17,700 nucleotides of DNA from Firmicutes bacterium CAG:552 (GTDB taxonomy: Bacteria; Bacillota; Clostridia; Christensenellales; Pumilibacteraceae). A program made the position numbers and the translations under genes. Shown one piece after another: positions 1 through 8,466 of the stretch. The notes under the pieces were generated by a model that saw only the letters and a program-made list of their open reading frames with translations, did no database searches and was not told where the DNA came from. Numbering within the stretch: the stretch's first letter is position 1; every line of letters starts with the position of its first letter. Where the stretch lies: contig FR884055.1 of the NCBI GenBank assembly GCA_000435495.1, positions 171,011-188,710 of the forward strand, in the 5' to 3' direction.

Positions 1-133
1 CCGCCGCCGCTTCGTCACCCGGATTGTGGTCCGGGTGATATTTTAGCGCAAGCTTCTTAAAAGCCGATTTGATTTCGTCGTTGGATGCGTCCTTACCGAC
101 TCCTAAAATGTCATAATAAGATTTTTTTTCCAT
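1..133 (-). CDS. dnaJ: Molecular chaperone DnaJ, N-terminal J-domain fragment (gene continues beyond the window start)
   Basis: The minus-strand ATG at 133-131 translates to [44 protein letters not shown], a canonical J-domain with an HPD motif. It lies 5 nt after the dnaK stop, and an in-frame stop at 143-145 prevents a longer N-terminus. It is absent from the ORF track because it is truncated at the window edge. Confidence 0.8.
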   Translation of the reverse strand, partial: MEKKSYYDILGVGKDASNDEIKSAFKKLALKYHPDHNPGDEAAA

Positions 134-138
134 TAGTT

Positions 139-1944
139 TTAGTTATTGTTATCGCCCATATCTTCGACTTTTACGCCTTCACTGCTTTCCGCAGTTCCGG
201 CTCCGGCTGTCTGCTGATAGAGCTTGGTAAATACTTCGCCGGAAATCTTTTCGAGCTCTGCCGTCTTAGCTTTTATATCGTCGATATTATCGCCCTTGGC
301 AGCCTCTTTTACTTCTTCGATATGCTTATTAAGTGCTTCTTTTTCTTCCTCACTGATTTTGTCTCCGTTCTCCGACAAAACTTTTTCTATCGAACCTACC
401 ATTATGTCTGCATGGTTCTTTGCGTCAACGACTTCTTTACGCTTTTTATCTTCTTCGGCAAACTTTTCTGCATCCTTTATAGCGTCGTTTATCTGGTCTT
501 CGGTAAGATTGCTGGACGCAGTAATGGTTACATGCTGTTCTTTGTTGGTTCCGAGGTCCTTAGCCGATACATGAACTATGCCGTTGGCGTCTATATCGAA
601 GGTTACCTCTATCTGCGGAATTCCTCTCGGAGCAGGCGGAATACCCGTCAATTCAAAACGAGCCAAAGTCTTGTTTGCGGACGCAATGTCTCTTTCGCCC
701 TGAAGCACATGGATATCTACGCTAGGCTGATTATCCTGAGCCGTCGAGAATATCTGCGACTTCTTGGTCGGTATGGTGGTATTTCTTTCTATAAGCTTAG
801 TGCAAATGCCGCCCAAAGTTTCGATACCGAGGCTAAGCGGAGTTACGTCCAACAAAAGAACGTCCTTTACCTCACCGGCAAGAACACCTGCCTGTATAGC
901 AGCGCCGATAGCAACGCACTCGTCGGGATTAATTCCCTTAAAGGGTTCTTTGCCCGCAACCTGTCTTACAGCCTCGACTACCGCAGGTATACGAGTAGAA
1001 CCGCCTACCAATATTACCTTGCTGAGCTTGTCGGGAGTAAGTCCGGCGTCCTTAAGAGCCCTCTTGCTGAGGTCTATAGTACGCTGAACGAGCGAAGACG
1101 TAAGCGAGTCGAACTTGCCTCTCGTCATTTCGTATTCGAGATGTACGGGTCCGTTATCCGAATTTGCGATGAACGGAAGGCTGATAGTGGTCTTTTGCAA
1201 AGAAGACAACTCTATCTTAGCCTTTTCGGCTACGTCCTTAAGACGCTGCATTGCCAGTTTGTCTTTGCTTAAATCTATACCGTTATCCTTCTTAAACTGC
1301 TCGATAAGATAGTCCATAATCTTATGGTCAAAATCATCGCCGCCGAGACGGTTATCGCCTGCTGTAGCCAAAACTTCTACGCAACTGTCGCCTATTTCCA
1401 ATATGGAAATATCAAACGTTCCGCCGCCGAGGTCATATACAAACACTTTTTGGCTAGAGTCTTTAACTTTATCGAGACCGTATGCGAGAGCTGCCGCAGT
1501 GGGCTCGTTAATTATACGTTTTACGTCCAAACCGGCAATTTTACCTGCATCTTTTGTCGCCTGGCGCTGAGAATCCGTAAAGTATGCGGGTACGGTAATA
1601 ACAGCCTCGGTCACTTTTTCTCCGAGATAACTTTCGGCATCCTCTTTGAGCTTCTTAAGAATCATTGCCGAAATTTCTTGCGGCGAATAGGTCTTGCCGT
1701 CAATATTTACTTTATAATCGGATCCCATCTCTCTCTTGATAGAAGAAACGGTGCGGTCTGCGTTAGCTATAGCCTGACGCTTAGCTACAGAGCCTACCAA
1801 TCTTTCGCCGTCCTTTGCAAAACCTACTACGGACGGGGTGGTACGATTGCCTTCGGCGTTGGGTATTACTACCGGATCGCCGCCTTCCAAAACCGCTACG
1901 CACGAGTTCGTCGTGCCGAGGTCGATACCTATAATTTTACTCAT
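139..1944 (-). CDS. dnaK: Molecular chaperone DnaK (Hsp70)
   Basis: The 601-aa product begins [18 protein letters not shown] and contains DLGGGTFD and the other hallmark Hsp70 ATPase and substrate-binding motifs. An AAAGGAGAAT RBS is present upstream. Confidence 0.97.
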   Translation of the reverse strand: MSKIIGIDLGTTNSCVAVLEGGDPVVIPNAEGNRTTPSVVGFAKDGERLVGSVAKRQAIANADRTVSSIKREMGSDYKVNIDGKTYSPQEISAMILKKLKEDAESYLGEKVTEAVITVPAYFTDSQRQATKDAGKIAGLDVKRIINEPTAAALAYGLDKVKDSSQKVFVYDLGGGTFDISILEIGDSCVEVLATAGDNRLGGDDFDHKIMDYLIEQFKKDNGIDLSKDKLAMQRLKDVAEKAKIELSSLQKTTISLPFIANSDNGPVHLEYEMTRGKFDSLTSSLVQRTIDLSKRALKDAGLTPDKLSKVILVGGSTRIPAVVEAVRQVAGKEPFKGINPDECVAIGAAIQAGVLAGEVKDVLLLDVTPLSLGIETLGGICTKLIERNTTIPTKKSQIFSTAQDNQPSVDIHVLQGERDIASANKTLARFELTGIPPAPRGIPQIEVTFDIDANGIVHVSAKDLGTNKEQHVTITASSNLTEDQINDAIKDAEKFAEEDKKRKEVVDAKNHADIMVGSIEKVLSENGDKISEEEKEALNKHIEEVKEAAKGDNIDDIKAKTAELEKISGEVFTKLYQQTAGAGTAESSEGVKVEDMGDNNN

Positions 1945-1972
1945 AATATATATTCTCCTTTATTTTCGATAT

Positions 1973-2557
1973 TTATTTTCCGACGATAACGGTTGCGTAA
2001 CGCAACACCCTGTCGCCGATTGTATAGCCTTGTTGAAATATTCTTACTACCTGACCTTTTCTTGCCTCGTCCACCTCTTCTTCCATAACGCAATTATGAA
2101 ATTTCGGATCAAACGGAGCGTCCTGAGCTTGAATACGCTTTACGTCGTAGGCATCAAGCAATGCCTCGAGCTGACGTTCTATCATCTCCACTCCGCTGAG
2201 TACGCTTTGGTCGGTAATTATCTTCTTTGCCTGCTCTATCGCATCCAGTACAGGCAAGATCTTTTCTAATACGTCAACCGCTCCGTCCTGACGAACTCGC
2301 TTGTTCGTTTCGTTGGTGCGTTTTCTGTAGTTTTCGAATTCTGCCTGTAGCCTCTGACACTGGACGGTCATCTCGTCTGCTCTTTGCATCTCCTTTGCCG
2401 CAGATTCCTTTGCTTTGCCGAGTTCGGTAGCAAGTTGATCCGCTTCAGCTTGCATGGCATCGAAGTCGTCTTTAAACATCCTTACGGTGTCTTCTTCAGT
2501 CTCCGGCCGAGTGCCTTCGCCTTTGACGTCCTTGTTTTGTTTTTCTTTATCAGTCAT
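1973..2557 (-). CDS. grpE: Nucleotide exchange factor GrpE
   Basis: The 194-aa product has a charged coiled-coil N-terminus and a GrpE C-terminal beta domain. It sits between hrcA and dnaK as in the classic Firmicute operon. Its start overlaps the hrcA stop by 8 nt. Confidence 0.93.
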   Translation of the reverse strand: MTDKEKQNKDVKGEGTRPETEEDTVRMFKDDFDAMQAEADQLATELGKAKESAAKEMQRADEMTVQCQRLQAEFENYRKRTNETNKRVRQDGAVDVLEKILPVLDAIEQAKKIITDQSVLSGVEMIERQLEALLDAYDVKRIQAQDAPFDPKFHNCVMEEEVDEARKGQVVRIFQQGYTIGDRVLRYATVIVGK

Positions 2558-3563
2558 CGCTATCTCCTTCTTCGTTTTCTAAATCGCCTATCGTTTTTCC
2601 TATGCAATCTAGCACGGAAACGACTTTAGAATAATCCATACGCATCGGGCCTATAACACCTGCGCTGCCTACTCCCACTCCGTCCACATCGAAAGACGCA
2701 GTAACTATTGCGCACTCGGGAACACCCGTTTCATCGCCTATCTTTATGCTCAATTCGGTTTTGCCCGACTTAAGTACGGGATACAAAGTCTCTTTGTGAT
2801 CGAGAACTCTAAGCACCGCTTTTGCCTTTTCGACATCGTTGAATTCCGGCTGTTCCAGCAGTTTCGAGCTGCCTTCTATCGCAATATCCGACGCCACGGT
2901 ATAATTCTTTAAAATAGCTATTACGGCGTCAAAGACCTTTTTGTATTCTCTGTGAACTTCCTTTACCACTTTACCGTCGGTGATGTCGCATATTTTGCGT
3001 CCACCGAATACTCCGGTTATAAACTCCGACGCTTCGCTCAAGAACTTTTCGTCGATGTTTTCGGAAATGGTAGCGGTAGTATCCTTTATTATCGTCTTAT
3101 CCGTAACAATAATAAACAATACCATCGCAGGCATTATCTTAACTATCTTTACGCTGACAATCATGTCACCGCCTACGTCGTCAACGTAGCCTACCGAAGT
3201 AAGATTTGTTATCTCGCTTATTACTTTTGCGGTACTTCTGACTACCTCGTCGATATCTTTTATCTTTCGCTTAAAATATTTTTTTACTACACCTATTTCG
3301 CTTCGGGACAATTTCCTCTTCGGCATCAGTTTGTCCACATACAACCTATAAGCGTCTGCCGTAGGTATTCTGCCTGCCGACACATGCGGTTGAGCAAGAT
3401 AACCCATATCTTCGAGTGCGGCAAGTTCGTTACGAATAGTTGCGCTGCTTATATGCGGAAGATATTTGTCATGAATTTCCGAACTAGAAATAGGCTCGCA
3501 GCTATCTATATAACTGTCTACGACCGCCTTTAGTATCTTGGATTTTCGCTCGGATAATTCCAT
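2550..3563 (-). CDS. hrcA: Heat-inducible transcriptional repressor HrcA
   Basis: The 337-aa product begins MELSERKSKILKAVVDSYI and has a winged-helix N-terminus. It is the first gene of the hrcA-grpE-dnaK-dnaJ operon, and a CIRCE operator lies upstream. Confidence 0.93.
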   Translation of the reverse strand: MELSERKSKILKAVVDSYIDSCEPISSSEIHDKYLPHISSATIRNELAALEDMGYLAQPHVSAGRIPTADAYRLYVDKLMPKRKLSRSEIGVVKKYFKRKIKDIDEVVRSTAKVISEITNLTSVGYVDDVGGDMIVSVKIVKIMPAMVLFIIVTDKTIIKDTTATISENIDEKFLSEASEFITGVFGGRKICDITDGKVVKEVHREYKKVFDAVIAILKNYTVASDIAIEGSSKLLEQPEFNDVEKAKAVLRVLDHKETLYPVLKSGKTELSIKIGDETGVPECAIVTASFDVDGVGVGSAGVIGPMRMDYSKVVSVLDCIGKTIGDLENEEGDSDD

Positions 3564-3629
3564 AATTCCCTCACCTTCTTAATGTAGCAATCATCACATA
3601 CGAGCGTTAGCAATTATTCTGCTTGTTTG

Positions 3630-3656
3630 TTAGCACTCTTATCTTTCGATTGCTAA
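3630..3656. promoter_or_regulatory. CIRCE operator (HrcA binding site) with one mismatch to the TTAGCACTC-N9-GAGTGCTAA consensus
   Basis: On the plus strand, TTAGCACTC (3630-3638) is followed by a 9-nt spacer and GATTGCTAA (3648-3656). The site lies immediately downstream of the hrcA -10 element on the minus strand. Confidence 0.85.
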
Positions 3657-3660
3657 ACGC

Positions 3661-3689
3661 ATTATATCACCGACTAAAATGATTGTCAA
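3661..3689 (-). promoter_or_regulatory. Sigma-A promoter of the hrcA operon (TTGACA-17-TATAAT)
   Basis: The minus strand reads TTGACA (plus 3689-3684), a 17-nt spacer, and TATAAT (plus 3666-3661). The predicted transcription start falls at the edge of CIRCE. Confidence 0.75.
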
Positions 3690-3817
3690 GCGTTTTTACG
3701 GAAATTTTTAAATTTTTTTTTGTTTTTATTTCTCACGAGAAGCATATTTTTTTCTTGCAACTTTAAAAATTCCCATGCTGTAAATTAGGTATCTTCCGAC
3801 AAACGGAACATAATTGC

Positions 3818-3851
3818 AAAAAGGACAAGTCCTGACGGACTTGTCCCCAAA
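3818..3851 (-). terminator. Rho-independent terminator downstream of purA, with bidirectional potential
   Basis: A perfect 10-bp stem, GGACAAGTCC (3823-3832) and GGACTTGTCC (3837-3846), encloses the loop TGAC. On the minus strand it is followed by a TTTTT run. Confidence 0.75.
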
Positions 3852-3866
3852 ATACGGTATTATTAA

Positions 3867-5138
3867 TTATCTATAAAGATTTTGTTGTCTCGAAGGACCT
3901 ATGCCGACCATCGACACATGCACTCCGAGATGATTCTCGATAAATTCGACGTATTTCTGAGCGTTGTAAGGAAGGTCGTAGAAATCGGTAACGGAAGTAA
4001 TGTCTTCTTCCCAACCGGGTAAAGTTTCGTAAACAGGTTCACATTCTGCCAGTTCGGAAATATCCGCAGGGAAATCATAAACAGTTTCGCCGTTTCTCTT
4101 GTAAGCGACACAAACCTTAAGCTCTTTAAGTCCGCTCAAAGTATCAAGCTTATTTAGCGCAAGCGAAGTAAGTCCGTTGACTCTGGTTGCGTAACGAAGA
4201 ATTACAAGGTCAAGCCAACCGCATCTGCGAGGTCTGCCCGTCACGGTGCCGAACTCCCCGCCTTTTATCTGTATTGCCTTGCCTACTTCGTCGTTAAGTT
4301 CGGTCGGGAAAGGTCCCTTACCTACTCTGGTGGTATACGCCTTGGATATACCTACGACATGGTCGATGAGCGTAGGTCCGATTCCTGCTCCGATGCAAAA
4401 TCCGCCGGCAGTAGGATGCGAACTGGTTACAAACGGATAGGTACCTACGTCTATGTCAAGCAATGTACCTTGCGCACCTTCGAACAGTACTGTTTTTTCT
4501 TCTTTTATTGCCTTATAAATAAGAGCCGACGTATCGGTAACGTACTTTCTGAGCTGTGCGGCATAACCTTGGTATTCGTTATATATCTCGTCAAAATCAA
4601 GTGATTGACAGCCGAACACCTTGGTTATAATTTCATTTTTTACTGTTAGTGCTGCTTTAAGCTTTTCGGCAAAAATTTCCGGCTTTATCAAGTCTATCAT
4701 TCTGATACCGCTGCGCTCTGCTTTATCCGTATAACACGGACCTATACCTCGTTTGGTCGTGCCTATATCCCCTTTTCCTCGCAATTTTTCGTTAAGCCCG
4801 TCAAGTACAATATGATAAGGCATAACGACGTGAGTTCTCTCGTCAATACGAAGTCTGTCTACGTCCTTACCGTTTGCTTTTAGCTCTGCTATTTCTTCCA
4901 AAATCGCCTTTGGATTAAGAACGACTCCGCCGCCGATAACGCACAAAGCCTTGTCGTACAAAATACCGCTGGGTATAAGTCGAAGTTTGTAAGTTATCCC
5001 GTTTGCAACTACAGTATGTCCTGCATTGTTGCCGCCCTGAGCTCGTACTACCACGTCCGCTTCCGACGCAAGTATGTCTATAATTTTACCTTTTCCTTCG
5101 TCGCCCCACTGTGAACCGACTAAAGCCGTTACTGACAT
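3867..5138 (-). CDS. purA: Adenylosuccinate synthetase
   Basis: The 423-aa product begins [24 protein letters not shown] and contains the GNNAGHTV and [10 protein letters not shown]-loop and IMP-binding motifs. The RBS is GCGGAGG. Confidence 0.96.
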   Translation of the reverse strand: MSVTALVGSQWGDEGKGKIIDILASEADVVVRAQGGNNAGHTVVANGITYKLRLIPSGILYDKALCVIGGGVVLNPKAILEEIAELKANGKDVDRLRIDERTHVVMPYHIVLDGLNEKLRGKGDIGTTKRGIGPCYTDKAERSGIRMIDLIKPEIFAEKLKAALTVKNEIITKVFGCQSLDFDEIYNEYQGYAAQLRKYVTDTSALIYKAIKEEKTVLFEGAQGTLLDIDVGTYPFVTSSHPTAGGFCIGAGIGPTLIDHVVGISKAYTTRVGKGPFPTELNDEVGKAIQIKGGEFGTVTGRPRRCGWLDLVILRYATRVNGLTSLALNKLDTLSGLKELKVCVAYKRNGETVYDFPADISELAECEPVYETLPGWEEDITSVTDFYDLPYNAQKYVEFIENHLGVHVSMVGIGPSRQQNLYR

Positions 5139-5183
5139 ATAAGCCTCCGCAAAAATATGTATTTGTGGCGTTCGCCATCGAAT

Positions 5184-5212
5184 AATATATCATTTTGTCG
5201 AATAATTGTCAA
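5184..5212 (-). promoter_or_regulatory. Candidate sigma-A promoter for purA (TTGACA-17-TATATT)
   Basis: The minus strand reads TTGACA (plus 5212-5207), a 17-nt spacer, and TATATT (plus 5189-5184). This is about 45 nt upstream of the purA ATG. Confidence 0.6.
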
Positions 5213-5445
5213 GGTAAAAAAACGCATATAATCAAATTTATAGCAGCGTACGTATCGATTGTAAAACAACAAATAAAAAGGAAAACGATTTTTTATCGGT
5301 TTTGCAAATTATTAACCATAATGTTTTATTCAAACCGCCGCTAAGCCGTCTGCGCCCGAATCCGTCAAAAATCAACAAAGATACGACGTTTTGCAGTTAA
5401 ATGAAAAGTCGCACCCTCAATGCCGTTCGCCTTGCATAAAATCGT

Positions 5446-5475
5446 TTGACAAACCAGAAGATTATAATGTATAAT
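5446..5475 (+). promoter_or_regulatory. Candidate sigma-A promoter (TTGACA-18-TATAAT) for the amidohydrolase gene
   Basis: TTGACA at 5446-5451 is followed by an 18-nt spacer and TATAAT at 5470-5475. The -10 element ends 6 nt before the ATG at 5482. Confidence 0.5.
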
Positions 5476-5481
5476 TTCGTT

Positions 5482-6267
5482 ATGGTAATCGATTTTCACA
5501 CACATGCTTACAAGGGTTTGATTGCTAAAAAGGCGATGGCGGCTGTTCCACAGGGTTCGCCGTATGGACCGTTTTACGACTGCACGGAACAAGGCTTGCT
5601 CGCAAAAATGGACGAGAGCGGCGTAGACAAAGCGGTCGTCCTGAACATAGCCAATTCCCCTCTTTCCGTAACTCATGTCAACGATTACGCAATAAAACTG
5701 CTAAAGTACAGCAGACTTATTCCCTTTGGTTCTATTCACCCCGATTACCACGATCCCAAAGGCGAACTCAATCGTCTTTTGTCTTACAAAATAAACAGAC
5801 TTAAATTTCACCCGTACTATCAGAAATGCGAGCTTTTGAGTAAAGAGTCCTACAAATTGTACGAGCTTGCCGCAAATAACGACGTAATAATGCTGTTTCA
5901 CGGCGGACTCGACCTTATGATAAAAGGAGATAATTCCACCCCGCAAAAACTATTACGCATCTATGAAGACTTTAAAGGCGCAAAACTCGTCTTTGCTCAT
6001 CTAGGCGGATGGGGTTTATGGCAAGACGCTTTCGATTTGCTAGTCGGCAAAGACGTCTACTTGGATACGTCGTTTGCCTTTAAGTTTCTTGATAAAGAAC
6101 AAATCGATTTTGTTCTGAAAAAACACAATCCGGATAAATTACTTTTCGGAACGGACAGTCCCTGGACAGACATGAAAGAGGAACTTTCTCGTACGCTCTC
6201 TCTCGATTACGAATATAAAGACAAGCTTCTTTATAAGAATGCGCAAAAGTTGCTCGCAATAGTCTGA
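5482..6267 (+). CDS. Amidohydrolase-2 family (TIM-barrel metal-dependent hydrolase) protein
   Basis: The product contains MVIDFHTHAY, the His-x-His metal-binding start typical of PF04909 amidohydrolases. The start is set at ATG 5482. The track ORF (5446) begins with TTG inside the promoter, and an alternative ATG lies at 5467. No start has a Shine-Dalgarno sequence. Confidence 0.8.
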   Translation: MVIDFHTHAYKGLIAKKAMAAVPQGSPYGPFYDCTEQGLLAKMDESGVDKAVVLNIANSPLSVTHVNDYAIKLLKYSRLIPFGSIHPDYHDPKGELNRLLSYKINRLKFHPYYQKCELLSKESYKLYELAANNDVIMLFHGGLDLMIKGDNSTPQKLLRIYEDFKGAKLVFAHLGGWGLWQDAFDLLVGKDVYLDTSFAFKFLDKEQIDFVLKKHNPDKLLFGTDSPWTDMKEELSRTLSLDYEYKDKLLYKNAQKLLAIV

Positions 6268-6289
6268 ATCTGTTTTCTTCTTTTTATAT

Positions 6290-6374
6290 GCGAAGGTGGC
6301 GGAACGGCAGACGCGCTAGTTTCAGACGCTAGTGGTTAATTCTCGTGTGGGTTCAAATCCCATCCTTCGCACCA
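6290..6374 (+). tRNA. tRNA-Leu (anticodon CAG), type II tRNA with a long variable arm and encoded CCA
   Basis: The acceptor stem GCGAAGG pairs with CCTTCGC. The anticodon stem CTAGT/GCTAG encloses the loop TTCAGAC, giving anticodon CAG. The T-arm GTGGGTTCAAATCCCAT, discriminator A and CCA at 6372-6374 are present. The sequence is nearly identical in architecture to E. coli tRNA-Leu. Confidence 0.9.
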
Positions 6375-6381
6375 ACAAATA

Positions 6382-6410
6382 AAACCCTCTTATTTTGAGG
6401 GTTTTTTTCT
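6382..6410 (+). terminator. Rho-independent terminator after tRNA-Leu
   Basis: AAACCCTC (6382-6389) and GAGGGTTT (6397-6404) form an 8-bp stem around a 7-nt loop, followed by a TTTTTTCTTTT run. Confidence 0.85.
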
Positions 6411-6665
6411 TTTATCATGCACTTTAATCCCGTTTCCTCTTAACTCTTTGATGTGATTTGCTATAATCAATTTCATTTTGTTACTAAAAAAGTGTCACTA
6501 AATGGCTAAATTCTGTTATCGGTGACTTTTTCTTTGCATTCATGTAGTTCTTATTCATGTAGTTCTATGTCACTCAACAATAATAGTTTCGTGTAGTTTG
6601 ATATATTTGTTTATTAAATAAAATTCTATACTAAAATGAAAAATATGCAAAGCGCTTTTTTGCGC

Positions 6666-6694
6666 TTGACCTATTTTTCGATATGCGCTATAAT
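6666..6694 (+). promoter_or_regulatory. Consensus sigma-A promoter (TTGACC-17-TATAAT) driving the small ORF
   Basis: TTGACC at 6666-6671 is followed by a 17-nt spacer and TATAAT at 6689-6694. The predicted transcription start is about 6701, giving a 5' UTR of about 55 nt. Confidence 0.65.
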
Positions 6695-6756
6695 AATAAA
6701 TGTGAGTGGTAAACAAAAGTTACCTTCGTCAATAATTTTTAAAGGAGGTAAAAAGA

Positions 6757-6903
6757 ATGACAGAAGAAATTATCACTGCTGCGGAAGACGAAGAAGATGT
6801 TATAAGCGGTAACACACTTAAGCGACTTATCGAATATATGCGCAGTGTTGCGAAATGGTCGGATAGCCAAATCGTTGATTTAATCGAAGCTATTCGCAAG
6901 TAA
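6757..6903 (+). CDS. Small hypothetical protein, 48 aa (acidic N-terminus, basic helical C-terminus); below the ORF-track size cutoff
   Basis: The ATG at 6757 is preceded by AAAGGAGG (6741-6748) with an 8-nt spacer. The product reads MTEEIITAAEDEEDVISGNTLKRLIEYMRSVAKWSDSQIVDLIEAIRK and ends at TAA 6901-6903. A consensus promoter lies upstream. Confidence 0.5.
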   Translation: MTEEIITAAEDEEDVISGNTLKRLIEYMRSVAKWSDSQIVDLIEAIRK

Positions 6904-7092
6904 ATAATAAGCTGTTTAACTATTTAACTTTCAAATTTAACTTAATATCGAGATTTTTTATCCCTTGCGATTTTACGAGCGTAAACGACGCTGCTATGTT
7001 AAACGCCTTAGGAGGTAAGCAAGCCAAGCTTTACCTATTTTCGCTTAAAAAGTCACTCGTTTAATCGCCGAAAAATCGAATTTTTCTGACAA

Positions 7093-7126
7093 AAACACCG
7101 TCTCGTTCGTACGGTGTTTTTGTTTA
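7093..7126. terminator. Bidirectional rho-independent terminator
   Basis: A 9-bp stem, AAACACCGT (7093-7101) and ACGGTGTTT (7111-7119), encloses a 9-nt loop. It is flanked by an A-run upstream and TTTTTGTTT downstream, so it could terminate the small-ORF transcript (plus) and the SPFH gene transcript (minus). Confidence 0.7.
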
Positions 7127-7356
7127 ATAATTTTATGATTTTAATAATTTCTCAATCAATTTTAATATGATACTTATGCGCCTATTGTCAATTAAGTAAA
7201 GGAAAAAACTTCGATATTTTAATTCAAAAAGCGATAGAAATGAAAACAACTCCCAATATAAAAGATCGTTATTTTCGTCTACGGAATCACTTATTTTAAT
7301 TGATAAATGCTCAATCCCCTATAGTGCAATTCAATCCTATCAAGTTAATAATAGAC

Positions 7357-8466
7357 TTACTGTTCTTTTTTTCCGCAAAGCACCGAAGTCAGCTGCGCAA
7401 GCATATCTCCGCCGCTAATGTTTATATTGCCGACTTTTTCGCAAATGCGCTCGATATACTCAAGTTCTTTAAGCTTATAAAGCGTTGCGTTTTCTTCCAT
7501 AAGTCGGGCGGTGTTAAGAAGCGATCTCGTGGAAGCCACTTCTTCTCGCCTGGTAATAACGTTTGCTTGCGCACGCTTTTCGGCAATCAAAACGGTGTTC
7601 ATAATATCTCGAACTTCACCCGGCAAAATTACGTCTTTTACTGCAGCTTCTTTTATATCTATAAAAAACTCTTTTGCTTTTTCGCTTAAGCGTTCGAGCA
7701 AATATTTGGACATATCGTTTTTTGAAACTATTATTTCGTCCAACGTTTTGCCCCCGACGTAATCTCTTATCGCAAGCTGCGCCAAAGTATACAGGCGAGT
7801 CACATAATCTTCCACAGAACTTCTTGCCTTAATGAAATCGATTACAGAGTAGTCTACAACACAATTTAATCGTATCGTGACTTTGTCAGAAGTCAGAATC
7901 TCTTGCCCGACAATATCCATGGACTTTAAGCATGTATCGCACAGTACCACGTTCGTCTTAACGTAACCTTTGACAAAATAGTACGTTCCGCTCTCCAAAG
8001 TTCTAACGTATTTGTTGTCAACATAAAGCAAACCGATTTGCTTAGAGCTAATTTCTGCTTTTAATATATACGGAGACAACGTTTGAAGCGAAAACAAAAA
8101 CTTCGGGAAATTTTCGGGAAATTCCGACTGAGACAAATCCACCCTCAAAAAAGTGTGTTCCCTATCCGTTTTCCAAAAATAGTATTTGCCGGGAGTCAAC
8201 ACGCTCTCGAACACCCCGTTGACAAGATGTATGGTCAGCTCTCCGCTCTTCGCTTCCGTCATAACAGTTTGCGTTTTAAAGCTCTCGTCAGACTCGAATA
8301 CGTTCGGATCTACAGCCGGAAAAACGGATATCGGCTCGTTATCTATAGCCGTAAGTCGTATTTCTTTGCCGCAGCAAGTGCGATATGTACCGGCTTCGAG
8401 CATTTTTATAAATTTACCTTTCTTAAATAAAAAACCTCTGTGTTGTTCGTCAATAACTGTTTTCAT
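7357..8466 (-). CDS. SPFH/band-7 (stomatin/prohibitin-like) membrane-associated protein with an N-terminal triple-repeat beta domain
   Basis: The C-terminal 200 aa is a clear SPFH domain (VVDYSVIDFIKAR...ILPGEVRDIMNTVLIAEKRAQANVITRREEVASTRSLLNTARL). The start is set at ATG 8466, which follows TAAAGGAGAACGCT and gives MKTVIDEQHRGFLFKKGKF. The track ORF extends 83 codons further (to 8715) through GC-rich DNA without an RBS. That extension is judged non-coding. Confidence 0.85.
   Translation of the reverse strand: MKTVIDEQHRGFLFKKGKFIKMLEAGTYRTCCGKEIRLTAIDNEPISVFPAVDPNVFESDESFKTQTVMTEAKSGELTIHLVNGVFESVLTPGKYYFWKTDREHTFLRVDLSQSEFPENFPKFLFSLQTLSPYILKAEISSKQIGLLYVDNKYVRTLESGTYYFVKGYVKTNVVLCDTCLKSMDIVGQEILTSDKVTIRLNCVVDYSVIDFIKARSSVEDYVTRLYTLAQLAIRDYVGGKTLDEIIVSKNDMSKYLLERLSEKAKEFFIDIKEAAVKDVILPGEVRDIMNTVLIAEKRAQANVITRREEVASTRSLLNTARLMEENATLYKLKELEYIERICEKVGNINISGGDMLAQLTSVLCGKKEQ

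Noticed and set aside
131-145. dnaJ start only 5 nt after the dnaK stop with no recognisable Shine-Dalgarno sequence
   Set aside because: This is probably translational coupling or re-initiation within the operon. An in-frame stop at 143-145 excludes a longer dnaJ. It is not evidence of a pseudogene.
85-1989. Long plus-strand ORFs (395 aa at 85-1272, 221 aa at 1324-1989, and others) opposite dnaK
   Set aside because: They are antisense to an unambiguous dnaK. Their products are low-complexity and Phe/Leu/Ser-rich, with no RBS. They are shadow ORFs.
5365-5676. 103-aa minus-strand ORF overlapping the amidohydrolase start and promoter
   Set aside because: There is no RBS. It overlaps a well-supported gene and promoter, and its composition is not protein-like.
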